Part shown: positions 56,500 to 64,000 of the stretch, in pieces | How positions within the stretch are numbered: position 1 is the first letter of the stretch | Layout of the letters: the number at the start of each line of letters is the position of its first letter | Origin: Bacillota bacterium | Lineage (GTDB): Bacteria; Sysuimicrobiota; Sysuimicrobiia; Sysuimicrobiales; Segetimicrobiaceae | DNA length: 64,000 nt | Direction of reading: 5' to 3' | NCBI GenBank assembly: GCA_021324295.1 | Contig: JAJPJJ010000099.1 | Location: 51,966-115,965 of the forward strand | The notes under the pieces: generated by a model | Seen by the model: the letters and a program-made list of their open reading frames with translations, nothing else | Told to the model about the DNA's origin: nothing | Databases searched by the model: none | Position numbers and translations under genes: made by a program

Positions 56500-58914
56500 T
56501 CATCTCCGCTCGAACTCCTCGTCCGTGATCTCGCCTGCGGCGTGGCGCCGTGTGGGGACGTCCACCGCGGAGCCGTCGTCGCCCCCCTGGCCGCACGCCT
56601 CGACCAGGCGGCGCCGCAGCGGCTCGTGCAGCGCCTCGATCGCCCGCCGCTCGAGCACGAACGAGGGGCGGACGCGGCGCACCCACCGCAGCGCCGCCCA
56701 TCTGCGGAGGGTCGCCGGCGCCGCCTTCGGATGCCCCAGCAGCGGAAGGGCGACCGACGGGTCCACGCGGATCTCGATGATCCGACCCCTCCGCCGAACG
56801 CAGCGGACGGGCACCGCAGGGGTCCGCCCTGCAAGCGACGACAAGCGCTCGGCGAACGCGGCCAGCAGGCGGAGGTCGTCCTGCTCGGGAACGGCGGCCC
56901 CGGCGGCTGCCTCGCCCTCGGAGGGCTCGGGGCGAGCCCCGGCATCGGGGGAGCCCTGGTCCGCAGGAGGAGGCGCAGGCCCAGCACCGTCGCTGCGGGC
57001 CCCGCGCTGAGGCCCTGGCCCGGGGCCGCAGCGCGCGCCCGGACCCGGCAGCGCCGCACCATCGCCGCGATCCGCGGCGGCCGGAGCGGTGGAGCCGGGT
57101 GGGGACTCCGCGCGCTTGACCCACAGGTGGTGATACACGGCGAGCTCCGCCGTCCGTGGAGTGACATCCGGAACGCGTCCCCGGTACTCCGGCCGGGCAT
57201 GGAACGGCGGGCACCACAGCTCCATCGGCGGCCGACCCGCGCATCGCACCAGGATCGCGTCCCGGGCCGAGCCGATCCCCTGGAGCTCCTCGGGCCGCCG
57301 CAGCGGCACCGCAACGTCGCGCTGGTGCTCCCCGTCGCGCCGGCCTCCTGCCCCCCACATGCGGGTTTGCGCGACCTCCGATCTGGACGCCGTGCCGAGC
57401 GCGCGGCTCAGCCGCTCGGCATCGAGGTCGGCCAGCGAGGGGAAGTAGATCTTCGTGACCAGGTTGGCGGCGACCGCGGCCCATCCCTCGCGCCCGTACA
57501 CCAACTCGCCCTGAGCTTCGCTCTGGATCGTCGCGAGGACCGATACCTGCCGGCTGCGGAACGTGGCCAGGTGCTCGGCGAGCCTGGGGAGCCTTCCCCA
57601 CGCGGGCAGCTCCTCGAGGATCTGGACGACCCGCACGCACTCGTCTGCGCCGCGGGGCCGAAGCAGGCACGCGGCCAGCTCGCTCAGGAACAGATGGCAC
57701 AGCCAGCGAAGCCGCCCGAGCGCCGGCTGAGGCACACCGACGATCAGCAGCACCGGCTCCCGCCGCAGGCGCCCGAGGTCGATCTCGTCGCACGCCGAGC
57801 CGATCCCCGTGGCGCGACAGACCGCATCGTCGCTCCACGCCTCAAGACGCGAGGCGATGCCCTGGAGGATGCCCGCCTGGTCCTTCGGAAGCATCGCGTG
57901 GTATGCTCCCAGGCGCGCTGCGATCGCATGCGAAGCAGGGTGCGCCTGGACGTAGGCGTGCCCGGCGGACGGGCCGGCCTCGCACAGGGCCCTGAGGCGC
58001 GCCAGGGCCGGAGGGCCGCCGTCCGTCGCCACCGCGAGGCTCAATGCCGCGCACACATGACGCTCGGCGCCCATCCAGTACGCCGCATCGGGATCCCCGG
58101 AGTCCCCGTCCTCGAAGAGATGGGCGGCGAGCCGATGGGCGTCGCCGATCGTGGCGCACCGGCTGAGCGGGTTCCACCGCAGCGACAGAGGCTCGAGGGG
58201 TGCGAACACGAGCACGTCGCGTCCGCATCGCCGCCACTCGGGCGCCGCGCGTGCCAGGCTGTCCTCTTCGCCGTACTTGAGGGCGAGCGCAACCACCGAT
58301 ACCCCCGCACGGGCGGCCTCGAGGAGCACAGGAAACGTGATCGCGGTCGTCTTGTGTGCGCCGGTCAGGCCGGCGACGAGCACGTGGCGGGCGAGGTCGT
58401 CCCCGGGCAACCATGCTCGGCGCGCCCGCGCGGGCGGGGACCCCACGAGGCGGGGCGGCGCCGGCCGGCGGGGACGCAACACCATGGAGCGCGGAGACGA
58501 TCCCCACCGCGGGACGTACCCGAGGGGGAACCAGGCGTCGGCGGACCTGCGCGTCACGGCGCGCAGCTCGGTCCCCGACGCAAAACGCGCGCCGCCGGCT
58601 CGCCCGACCAGGCGGGCCAGCCGACCGCGCAGGACCCCGCCCCATACCGCGGCGACGGCGAGCGCGACCGTCCCGCCCCACAGGACGTGCACTTGCGACG
58701 CGACGGCCCGGGCAAGCGCAGCGGCGCCCGCCTCGCGACAGCGCTGGACGGCCAGGCACGCCCGTGCCGCCCACATCGGCGCGTCCGCGTCCGGGCGGAC
58801 CGGGATCGCCGCCGCTACCTCGTGGACGACCCCAGCCGCCCCGACCGTGACCGCGGCGACGCCGAGCGCCGCCAGGGCGGCCGCGAGCGCCGGCTCCAGG
58901 AATCCCGGGGGCAT
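56500..58914 (-). CDS. Type IV secretion/conjugation coupling protein (TraD/TraG/VirD4-like T4CP) with a long disordered C-terminal region.
   Basis: Two N-terminal TM helices. Degenerate P-loop HVLVAGLTGAHKTTAI. T4CP-like blocks DVLVFAPLEPLSLRWNPL, VVQILEELPAWGRLPRL and RSRQVSVLATIQSEAQGELVYG. Pro/Gly/Ala-rich tail of about 250 aa ending ...GEITDEEFERR. Confidence 0.7.
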   Translation of the reverse strand: MPPGFLEPALAAALAALGVAAVTVGAAGVVHEVAAAIPVRPDADAPMWAARACLAVQRCREAGAAALARAVASQVHVLWGGTVALAVAAVWGGVLRGRLARLVGRAGGARFASGTELRAVTRRSADAWFPLGYVPRWGSSPRSMVLRPRRPAPPRLVGSPPARARRAWLPGDDLARHVLVAGLTGAHKTTAITFPVLLEAARAGVSVVALALKYGEEDSLARAAPEWRRCGRDVLVFAPLEPLSLRWNPLSRCATIGDAHRLAAHLFEDGDSGDPDAAYWMGAERHVCAALSLAVATDGGPPALARLRALCEAGPSAGHAYVQAHPASHAIAARLGAYHAMLPKDQAGILQGIASRLEAWSDDAVCRATGIGSACDEIDLGRLRREPVLLIVGVPQPALGRLRWLCHLFLSELAACLLRPRGADECVRVVQILEELPAWGRLPRLAEHLATFRSRQVSVLATIQSEAQGELVYGREGWAAVAANLVTKIYFPSLADLDAERLSRALGTASRSEVAQTRMWGAGGRRDGEHQRDVAVPLRRPEELQGIGSARDAILVRCAGRPPMELWCPPFHARPEYRGRVPDVTPRTAELAVYHHLWVKRAESPPGSTAPAAADRGDGAALPGPGARCGPGPGPQRGARSDGAGPAPPPADQGSPDAGARPEPSEGEAAAGAAVPEQDDLRLLAAFAERLSSLAGRTPAVPVRCVRRRGRIIEIRVDPSVALPLLGHPKAAPATLRRWAALRWVRRVRPSFVLERRAIEALHEPLRRRLVEACGQGGDDGSAVDVPTRRHAAGEITDEEFERR

Positions 58915-59129
58915 CAGCGACCCTGCGTGCCCGCACCTGCCGCCTCGTCCGGGAGGCCCGTGCGCTCCCGGCTATCCGCACGCGACCGGTGCGTCATCGC
59001 GCGTCGGTCGGACGCCACGCCCCGGCGCGTCGGCTCCGGCGATGGGCACCTGCAGGGGCCGTGGGCCCTTTCCTGGAGGCGTGCGCGGCATGCTCCTCGG
59101 CGGCGAGGGTCCGGTGAGGCTTACGGAGT

Positions 59130-59159
59130 ATTATAGATATTCAGATGCTAAGATGTCTA
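59130..59159 (-). promoter_or_regulatory. Sigma-70-like promoter on the minus strand inside a 40-bp AT-rich island: -35 TAGACA, 18-nt spacer, -10 TATAAT.
   Basis: Plus-strand gagtATTATAgatattcagatgctaagaTGTCTAgtagtac. Sits about 210 nt upstream of the T4CP ATG, inside an otherwise ORF-less 620-bp gap. Confidence 0.45.
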
Positions 59160-59533
59160 GTAGTACTTCCGCCACTGACCGCGGAGACGTCCCCGCCAGC
59201 AGCCAGGCCACCCGCATGTGCCCTGTTTGGCTCAGCCCGTACCGACGGACGCCCTCCACGACCGCCCATCGACTCGGGGCCGCGCGTCACCGACACGTCC
59301 GTGCCAGTGCGTGGTCTCCGGAGCCCGAGGGGGGTTGCAGCGAGACGGATCGGCCGCGGGGGCGCCCCGCGCGTCCGGCCGAGGAAGGGGGTCCCGCCCC
59401 AACGAACCGCCGTTCTCCCGCGATTCGTTTGGGGGCCCCGGGAGGGGGTGAAGGGAGGCCCCTGCGGTCCCTCGTCGACGTTGCGCGACGCTGCTGCAGG
59501 ACGAGATGCCGAAGCCGGCGATCGCGTCGGCGC

Positions 59534-60037
59534 CTACCGCCGCCGGCGCGCGAGCCAGGCCTGCACCTGTTCCGCGTTCTTGTCGGGCGGGAAGACCGGA
59601 TAGAAGACCTGCTCGATGCGGCCGTCGCGCACGATCAACGTGAGCCGCTTGATCAGTACCGCCGGCTCGGCGCCGAAGCCCCACGCGAACTCAAACGTCG
59701 GCAGCCGGAGCGCCCCGGCGAATCGCAGCTCGGCGTCGCTGAGAAGCTCAAACGGCAGGCGCAGACGATCCACGGCCTCGCGTTGATACCCGGTCGTTTG
59801 CGTACTGAGGCCGAACACCTGCGCGCCCAGCCGCCGCAGGTCTGGGTAGTGGTCCCGAAAGGCGCAGGCTTGCGGCGTGCATCCCCGCGCCCCCGGGATC
59901 TCGTCCCATCCCGTCGGGATCTGCTGATCCGGTCGGCCCGTGCGGGGGTAGGCATAGACGACGGTCCACCCTTGCAGGCCCGACAGATCCACCGTGCGTC
60001 CGGCCGTGGACGGCAGCGGCACCGACGGCAGGCGCAT
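59534..60037 (-). CDS. bcp: Thiol peroxidase Bcp (peroxiredoxin, AhpC/TSA family).
   Basis: ...LSGLQGWTVVYAYPRTGRPDQQ...IPGARGCTPQACAFRDHYPDL... The CTxQAC spacing matches E. coli Bcp. Start is uncertain: M at 60037, or further upstream within the track ORF that extends to 60232. Confidence 0.8.
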   Translation of the reverse strand: MRLPSVPLPSTAGRTVDLSGLQGWTVVYAYPRTGRPDQQIPTGWDEIPGARGCTPQACAFRDHYPDLRRLGAQVFGLSTQTTGYQREAVDRLRLPFELLSDAELRFAGALRLPTFEFAWGFGAEPAVLIKRLTLIVRDGRIEQVFYPVFPPDKNAEQVQAWLARRRR

Positions 60038-60672
60038 GCCCCCGAGATGCGCGCACGCGCCGTCGTCGACGGGAATCGGGAGGTCAGCCGGTAGCTCGTA
60101 CGGGCTCGCCCTGGACACGCTCCCACCCCCGGCGATGATACCACAACGGCCGCCGCCCCTGCGTGCCGTGCGCACACCGGCATCTCGCGACGCCATGCAA
60201 CGGCGACGAGATCGACGAACTGGCAGCATCACCCTCGTCCTGCCGCGAGGCGTTCCGGCGTGGCGCGAAGACGTCGACGCTCGAGGCGCCCGATCCCTTT
60301 GAGCATGGGGTCACCCTCTCGGCCAGGGCGATGGCAACCGATCCTACGGATAGGTCGAACGCCTCGATCACCCGGGGGGCGTCGCCCGGAGGCATCCGAC
60401 CTTGCATCGTCGCGACGACAGGGACGACCGGGCGCCAGCGGGTGATCAGCTTGCCCCGTGTGGACGGTTCGGCGGCACGCTGCCCGAGGATCCGCACCGT
60501 CGGTAGCTTCGCGCCTGTGTCGGCTGCGGTGGTCGCGGTGGGGCACGTTTCACGGCGACCGGCGTCGGGAAACCTCACTTGGGGGCGGGTCGGCGCTGGT
60601 GACGCAGGCCTCTGCAACGCCGCCGACGGACCAGCGCACGGCCGGCGATTAGGTCACGCGGAGAGTGTGCCT

Positions 60673-60825
60673 GTGATCCGCAAGTTGAAGTCCGGTGGGT
60701 ACCGGCTGTATTCGCGAAAGCCCAACCCCAAGACGGGCAGGCGTCGCAACCTGGGAACGTTCAAGACGCGCGCGGCCGCCGAGCGACACGAGCGCCAGGT
60801 CCAGTTCTTCAAGCGCCGCGGGTGA
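60673..60825 (+). CDS. Small basic protein (50 aa) of unknown function.
   Basis: GTG at 60673 is preceded by GGAGAG. Product VIRKLKSGGYRLYSRKPNPKTGRRRNLGTFKTRAAAERHERQVQFFKRRG. The stop overlaps the GTG of the next gene (GTGA). Confidence 0.45.
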   Translation: MIRKLKSGGYRLYSRKPNPKTGRRRNLGTFKTRAAAERHERQVQFFKRRG

Positions 60826-61178
60826 GGAGGATGGCGACGTCACCGCGTAAGCGCGGTACCGGCAACAACAGCCGTCGGCGGGCTGGCAGGCGTTGGTCGG
60901 GCAAGGTGAAGACGGCGTCCACTGCTCCGCCGCCCAAGACCTTTTCCGGCTCGGCACAGCAGATCGCGCGCACGATGGCGAGCAGACGCGTGTCGCCGAG
61001 GGGACTCGGCTCGGGGATCCGCATGATCCAATTCTTCATCAATCGCGCCGGTCGGAATCTGCCGCCGTCCCGCCGGCGCGAGCTCGAGCGCGCCAAACGG
61101 ATCCTCCAGCAAAGAGCCGCCCGGCAGAGATCGGGGTCGCGGAGGCGGGCGAGGCGGCGCTCGGCGGCGAGCCGGTAA
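60822..61178 (+). CDS. DUF3175-like protein.
   Basis: ...MASRRVSPRGLGSGIRMIQFFINRAGRNLPPSRRRELERAKRILQQRAARQR resembles the conserved C-terminal block of DUF3175, from recall. Translationally coupled to the upstream small ORF. Confidence 0.55.
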   Translation: MRRMATSPRKRGTGNNSRRRAGRRWSGKVKTASTAPPPKTFSGSAQQIARTMASRRVSPRGLGSGIRMIQFFINRAGRNLPPSRRRELERAKRILQQRAARQRSGSRRRARRRSAASR

Positions 61179-61344
61179 GCGGCCTCGAAGCGGCGCGGCT
61201 GCCCGCCGCGCATTTCAGCATCCTCGATCCCCGGGAGGGCCGCTCCCGACGGCACCATCGGGCATCGTGCCGCCGTCCGTCGCGGAGGCCGACCTCACCA
61301 GCGGACGAACGGCATGCGGTAGTGCTCCGAGACGATCTGCGGTG

Positions 61345-61917
61345 TCAGCGCACAAACGGAATCCCGTAGCCCTCGGGCACCGCACGCAGCGTCACGGCGC
61401 ACCGCACGCCCTGCCAGTGGATGAAGAGAAAGACCGCGTACCCCTCCCGCTCGTAGGTGGCGAGGTCGCTGACCCACGGAGAGGCGGCTTTGAGAGCCTC
61501 CGCATCAGGATCGCCGGGCGTGCGCAGCCCGTCGATGATGCGGACCAGCGACTCGCGCGCGGAGCGATCCGACGGAAGGTGGGCCCCAAGGGCGCGTGCG
61601 AGCCCCGCCGGCTCGAGCGGCGTGCCAGGAGGCCCGGTCACCAGCACCATGACGGCGCCCGGGCCGGGGCAGCCGTCCCAGAAGTACGGCACGAAGGGAT
61701 ACACGTCAACGTCGACCGCCTCCCACGGCCAGTGCCGCACAACTTCGACCCGGCCGGCCGACGCGTCGATCATCGAGAGGACGGCGGCCGTGGTCCCCGC
61801 CGGCGCTGGCGCGCCACGCCCGGGCGGCGGCAGCCCGATCATGAGCACCACCGCGGCCGCCACGAGGGCCGCGCGCGGTCCGTAGGCGCGGAGGCCCGCG
61901 CCGCGGCGTGCGCTCAT
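61345..61917 (-). CDS. Secreted hypothetical protein (signal peptide, about 190 aa).
   Basis: MSARRGAGLRAYGPRAALVAAAVVLMIGLPPPGRGAPAPAG... ATG at 61917 overlaps the stop of the upstream membrane-protein gene. Confidence 0.45.
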   Translation of the reverse strand: MSARRGAGLRAYGPRAALVAAAVVLMIGLPPPGRGAPAPAGTTAAVLSMIDASAGRVEVVRHWPWEAVDVDVYPFVPYFWDGCPGPGAVMVLVTGPPGTPLEPAGLARALGAHLPSDRSARESLVRIIDGLRTPGDPDAEALKAASPWVSDLATYEREGYAVFLFIHWQGVRCAVTLRAVPEGYGIPFVR

Positions 61918-62999
61918 AGCTCGGCCCGTCCTCTGATCACGGTCGCCTCCTGCGCGCCCCCGCCCTGGCCGGACGGCTGCCCCGGTCCGCCGCCGGCTCC
62001 GAGGCCGGAGGATCCCCAGGGCGTCTCGCCGCCACCGTCTCCCATCCCCGCGACGTTCGGCTCGAGGTGCCCGCCGCCGGCGCGCGCATACCACCGCCCA
62101 ACCTGACCCTGAAGCCACCGCGGACCGCCGAGGATGTGCTCGGCGAACGCCACGCCGTCGACGAACTGCCCGGTGAGCCGCTCGGCGCGGAGCATCGCGT
62201 AGACGCCGATGCCGGTGCCGACGAGCATCAGAAAGAGGAACCAGCTCAGGCTCACGACGAGCCCGATCAGGCGAGCCGGCCCATCGCCGGGAGAGACGGG
62301 CGGCGCGAAGCCGTCGCGCATCCGGGAGACGACCTCCCGGACCGGCACGATCACCCCGAGGTACAGGACCGCGGCGTGGATCACCCGGACGCAGAAGACC
62401 AGCAGGGCGGTCCGCACGATGACCGCCACCCAGCGCGCCGTCCACCGCTGGGTGGCCGGCGCGCCGAGCAGTGCGACCGCCAGAGGCGCGAGGAAGATCG
62501 CGAGCAGCAGCGTCAGGTGCGCGAAGAACAGGATTGCGAGGTAGACCATGACGCCGAACGCAAACAGCACGACCCCGAGGACCACACCGCCGGCCAGCAC
62601 GGCCATCGCCCACGGGTAGGCGAACCACGGCCCGAGGGCTCCAAAGATCGTGCTCATCTGCGGGGCGAGCCAGCGCTGCACGAAGTCGCTCCAGCTCTGG
62701 CCGATGAGCCCGGCCAGCACCGCCGCGCCGGCGCCCCGGAACGCGTCGAAGGTGCTCGTGATGACCCGGGTCACGGAGCCCATCGCCGACAGCAGGCCGC
62801 CGGCGACCAGCAGCCGCCCGAACGCGTCGATCAGGTCGAGCTGGCGGCCCGGGCGAATCGACATCGCAACGTACCCGAGCCAGAGCACGCTCAGGACGGC
62901 CCACGCCAGGTGCAGCATCGAGGCCGTCGCGCCCGTCGCGACGAGCCAGTCCTCGAGCGCCGCGAAGACGTCGGCGATCCCACGCTCGATCCCGGCCAT
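61914..62999 (-). CDS. Polytopic membrane protein with a Gly-rich C-terminal tail; TrbL/VirB6-like candidate T4SS component.
   Basis: Six or more TM helices, then GGPRWLQGQVGRWYARAGGGHLEPNVAGMGDGGGETPWGSSGLGAGGGPGQPSGQGGGAQE. Assignment rests on architecture and T4CP context only. Confidence 0.45.
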   Translation of the reverse strand: MAGIERGIADVFAALEDWLVATGATASMLHLAWAVLSVLWLGYVAMSIRPGRQLDLIDAFGRLLVAGGLLSAMGSVTRVITSTFDAFRGAGAAVLAGLIGQSWSDFVQRWLAPQMSTIFGALGPWFAYPWAMAVLAGGVVLGVVLFAFGVMVYLAILFFAHLTLLLAIFLAPLAVALLGAPATQRWTARWVAVIVRTALLVFCVRVIHAAVLYLGVIVPVREVVSRMRDGFAPPVSPGDGPARLIGLVVSLSWFLFLMLVGTGIGVYAMLRAERLTGQFVDGVAFAEHILGGPRWLQGQVGRWYARAGGGHLEPNVAGMGDGGGETPWGSSGLGAGGGPGQPSGQGGGAQEATVIRGRAEL

Positions 63000-63068
63000 C
63001 CCGGATCGGCTCGGTCACCTCACGGCGATGGGCGCGGCCGCCGGCGCAGGCACAGGCGGCCCCGGTCG

Positions 63069-64000
63069 TCAGTAGAGCGGATCGACGCGCATCTCATCGC
63101 CGGACGGCTCGCCGGCACCGGCGAGCATCTCCTGGAGGGTCTGGCCGCCGGCCAGGAGCACGTCGGCGAGCCCGAGCGTCGCATCCAGCGCCCGGCGGTC
63201 CCGCTCGGCCTCGCGGGCCACGAGCGTCGCCGCCGTCGTGGCGAGCGCGCCGATCTGCCCGCTCACCTCCGCGGTCTGCTGGGCCAGCAGCGTCAGGCGG
63301 TCGCCCACGGCCGCGCCGAGCTCGGCCTGCTGCCGCATCTCCGTGCCGACCCCGGCGACCAGCAGCTCGACGCCGGCCCGCGTGCTGGGCAGGGAGCCGG
63401 CGCCGCGGAGGAGCGTCGTTCCGGCCTCGCGGCCCGCGGCGACCACGGCGGGCAGCCGAGGATCGCCCGCGGCGCCGGCCGCCGCAAGCGACGTCGTTCG
63501 GACCGCCGCGGCCTGCCGGGCCGCGCCCGCCGTGACGAGCGCGTCCGCCGTCGCGATGCCGGCGGCCTCGTGCGCAAGCTCCGGGCTGCTCTGCGTGTAC
63601 GCCGCGTGCCGCGCCTCGGAGCTTGCGGGGAGCGCAGGAGCGCGGAGCTTGGCCAGGAGTGCATCGAGCGCCCCGCGCACCTCTGCCGGCGCCGCGATCG
63701 ACCCGAGCAGGTCGGGAAGCCCGGCCCCCTCGGGGAGCTGGCCCGGGGATTCCCAGATCATGCGTGCGAGCGCGTCCGAGGCCGCCTGCTGCACGCGCGC
63801 AGCCCAGCGGGCGAGGGCCTCGAGCGCCTGCCCCACGGCGGTCACGACCGCGCCGAGGTCCCCTGGGACTCCCACGGGCCAGGGCGGCGACCACCACCCG
63901 GACTCCGCAGGCCCGACGGGGGGCAGGAGCGGAGGCGTCCCCGGGGGTACGGGCGGGCGGGGATCCGGGGACGGCGGAGGCCAGGGAAGAAACGGCCCCG
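63069..64000 (-). CDS. Partial hypothetical protein. Pro-rich N-terminal segment (at the window edge) followed by an Ala-rich helical/coiled-coil region; the start lies beyond the right edge.
   Basis: Track ORF 63069..63875 begins at a GTG, but the same frame stays open upstream to nt 64000, reading ...PFLPWPPPSPDPRPPVPPGTPPLLPPVGPAESGWWSPPWPVGVPGDL... Confidence 0.45.
   Translation of the reverse strand, partial: GPFLPWPPPSPDPRPPVPPGTPPLLPPVGPAESGWWSPPWPVGVPGDLGAVVTAVGQALEALARWAARVQQAASDALARMIWESPGQLPEGAGLPDLLGSIAAPAEVRGALDALLAKLRAPALPASSEARHAAYTQSSPELAHEAAGIATADALVTAGAARQAAAVRTTSLAAAGAAGDPRLPAVVAAGREAGTTLLRGAGSLPSTRAGVELLVAGVGTEMRQQAELGAAVGDRLTLLAQQTAEVSGQIGALATTAATLVAREAERDRRALDATLGLADVLLAGGQTLQEMLAGAGEPSGDEMRVDPLY

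Noticed and set aside
56500-56560. The T4CP C-terminal peptide GEITDEEFERR as a SHOCT domain.
   Set aside because: Only the first half of the SHOCT pattern is present, without the trailing K..LL. Retained only as a remark in the T4CP finding.
58915-59123. 41-aa ORF (MPRTPPGKGPRPLQVPIAGADAPGRGVRPTRDDAPVACG) between the AT-rich promoter and the T4CP gene.
   Set aside because: The RBS abuts the ATG with about 1-nt spacing. The composition is Pro/Gly/Arg-rich and looks non-coding.
55843-59136. 1097-aa plus-strand ORF spanning the peptidase end and the T4CP region.
   Set aside because: Off-frame or antisense to the S9 peptidase and the T4CP. The product is Arg/Pro/Gly-rich with no domain-like blocks.
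60084-60617. 177-aa minus ORF with a partly protein-like segment (RVIEAFDLSVGSVAIALAERV).
   Set aside because: It overlaps the Bcp gene or its upstream extension in another frame. It uses atypical codons (CTA, GTA, AGA, TGT) and shows no family resemblance. Left unannotated, though a small real gene is not excluded.

Overview
This is a 64 kb window from a very GC-rich bacterial chromosome (roughly 70-72 % GC by eye), and almost every bit of it is coding. Two caveats apply throughout. First, many of the long ORFs in the six-frame track are antisense or off-frame shadows of real genes, recognisable by their Arg/Gly/Pro/Ala-rich products. Second, the track omits ORFs that run off a window edge; I found one at each end by translating the sequence myself.

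Main contents, left to right:
- An ECF sigma factor, a zinc-binding anti-sigma factor and a large RseB-like periplasmic protein, all on the minus strand. The last continues without a stop into a polysaccharide-deacetylase motif and off the left edge.
- Two adjacent TrkA-type K+ uptake genes, a membrane-anchored universal stress protein and an APC amino-acid permease.
- A long minus-strand housekeeping run: rho, rpmE, prfA, prmC, tsaC, glyA, upp, a dCMP deaminase, rplY/ctc, pth and a methyltransferase. An SLH-domain surface protein, argS, glpX and an HtrA-type protease follow on the same strand.
- A complete acetyl-CoA carboxylase operon on the plus strand, with accD and accA fused into a single 617-aa ORF.
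- A sugar-alcohol style cluster (SorC regulator, Zn-dependent dehydrogenase, orphan substrate-binding protein), a PEBP-family protein, a hotdog thioesterase, an SPFH protein, an orphan MsmX-like ABC ATPase and a PGI/PMI isomerase.
- A glucosylglycerate plus alpha-glucan cluster on the plus strand: GT4, GpgS, MscS, GH57 branching enzyme, glgC and a GH57/DUF3536 protein. A sugar ABC transporter with no ATPase of its own follows.
- A membrane GT2, an orphan MrfA/YprA-type helicase, a DUF385 protein that is probably F420-dependent, and an ECF41-type sigma factor divergent from a CMD/AhpD gene.
- An S9 peptidase, then from about 56.5 kb to the right edge a mobile-element-like region. It holds a type IV coupling protein, a TrbL/VirB6-like membrane protein, Bcp, a small basic protein translationally coupled to a DUF3175 protein, secreted hypotheticals and a 40-bp AT-rich island.

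I found no rRNA, tRNA or CRISPR array.

Promoters are unusually easy to see in this window. The near-absent hexamer TATAAT occurs seven times, every time in an intergenic region in the right orientation. Three of these are the identical 9-mer TGCTATAAT.

The gene order and SLH domains suggest a Firmicutes-like high-GC lineage such as Symbiobacterium, Thermaerobacter or Limnochordia. That guess is tentative; the DUF385 gene points more towards Actinobacteria or Chloroflexi.

Coordinates derived from my own base counting rather than from the ORF track may be off by 1-2 nt.
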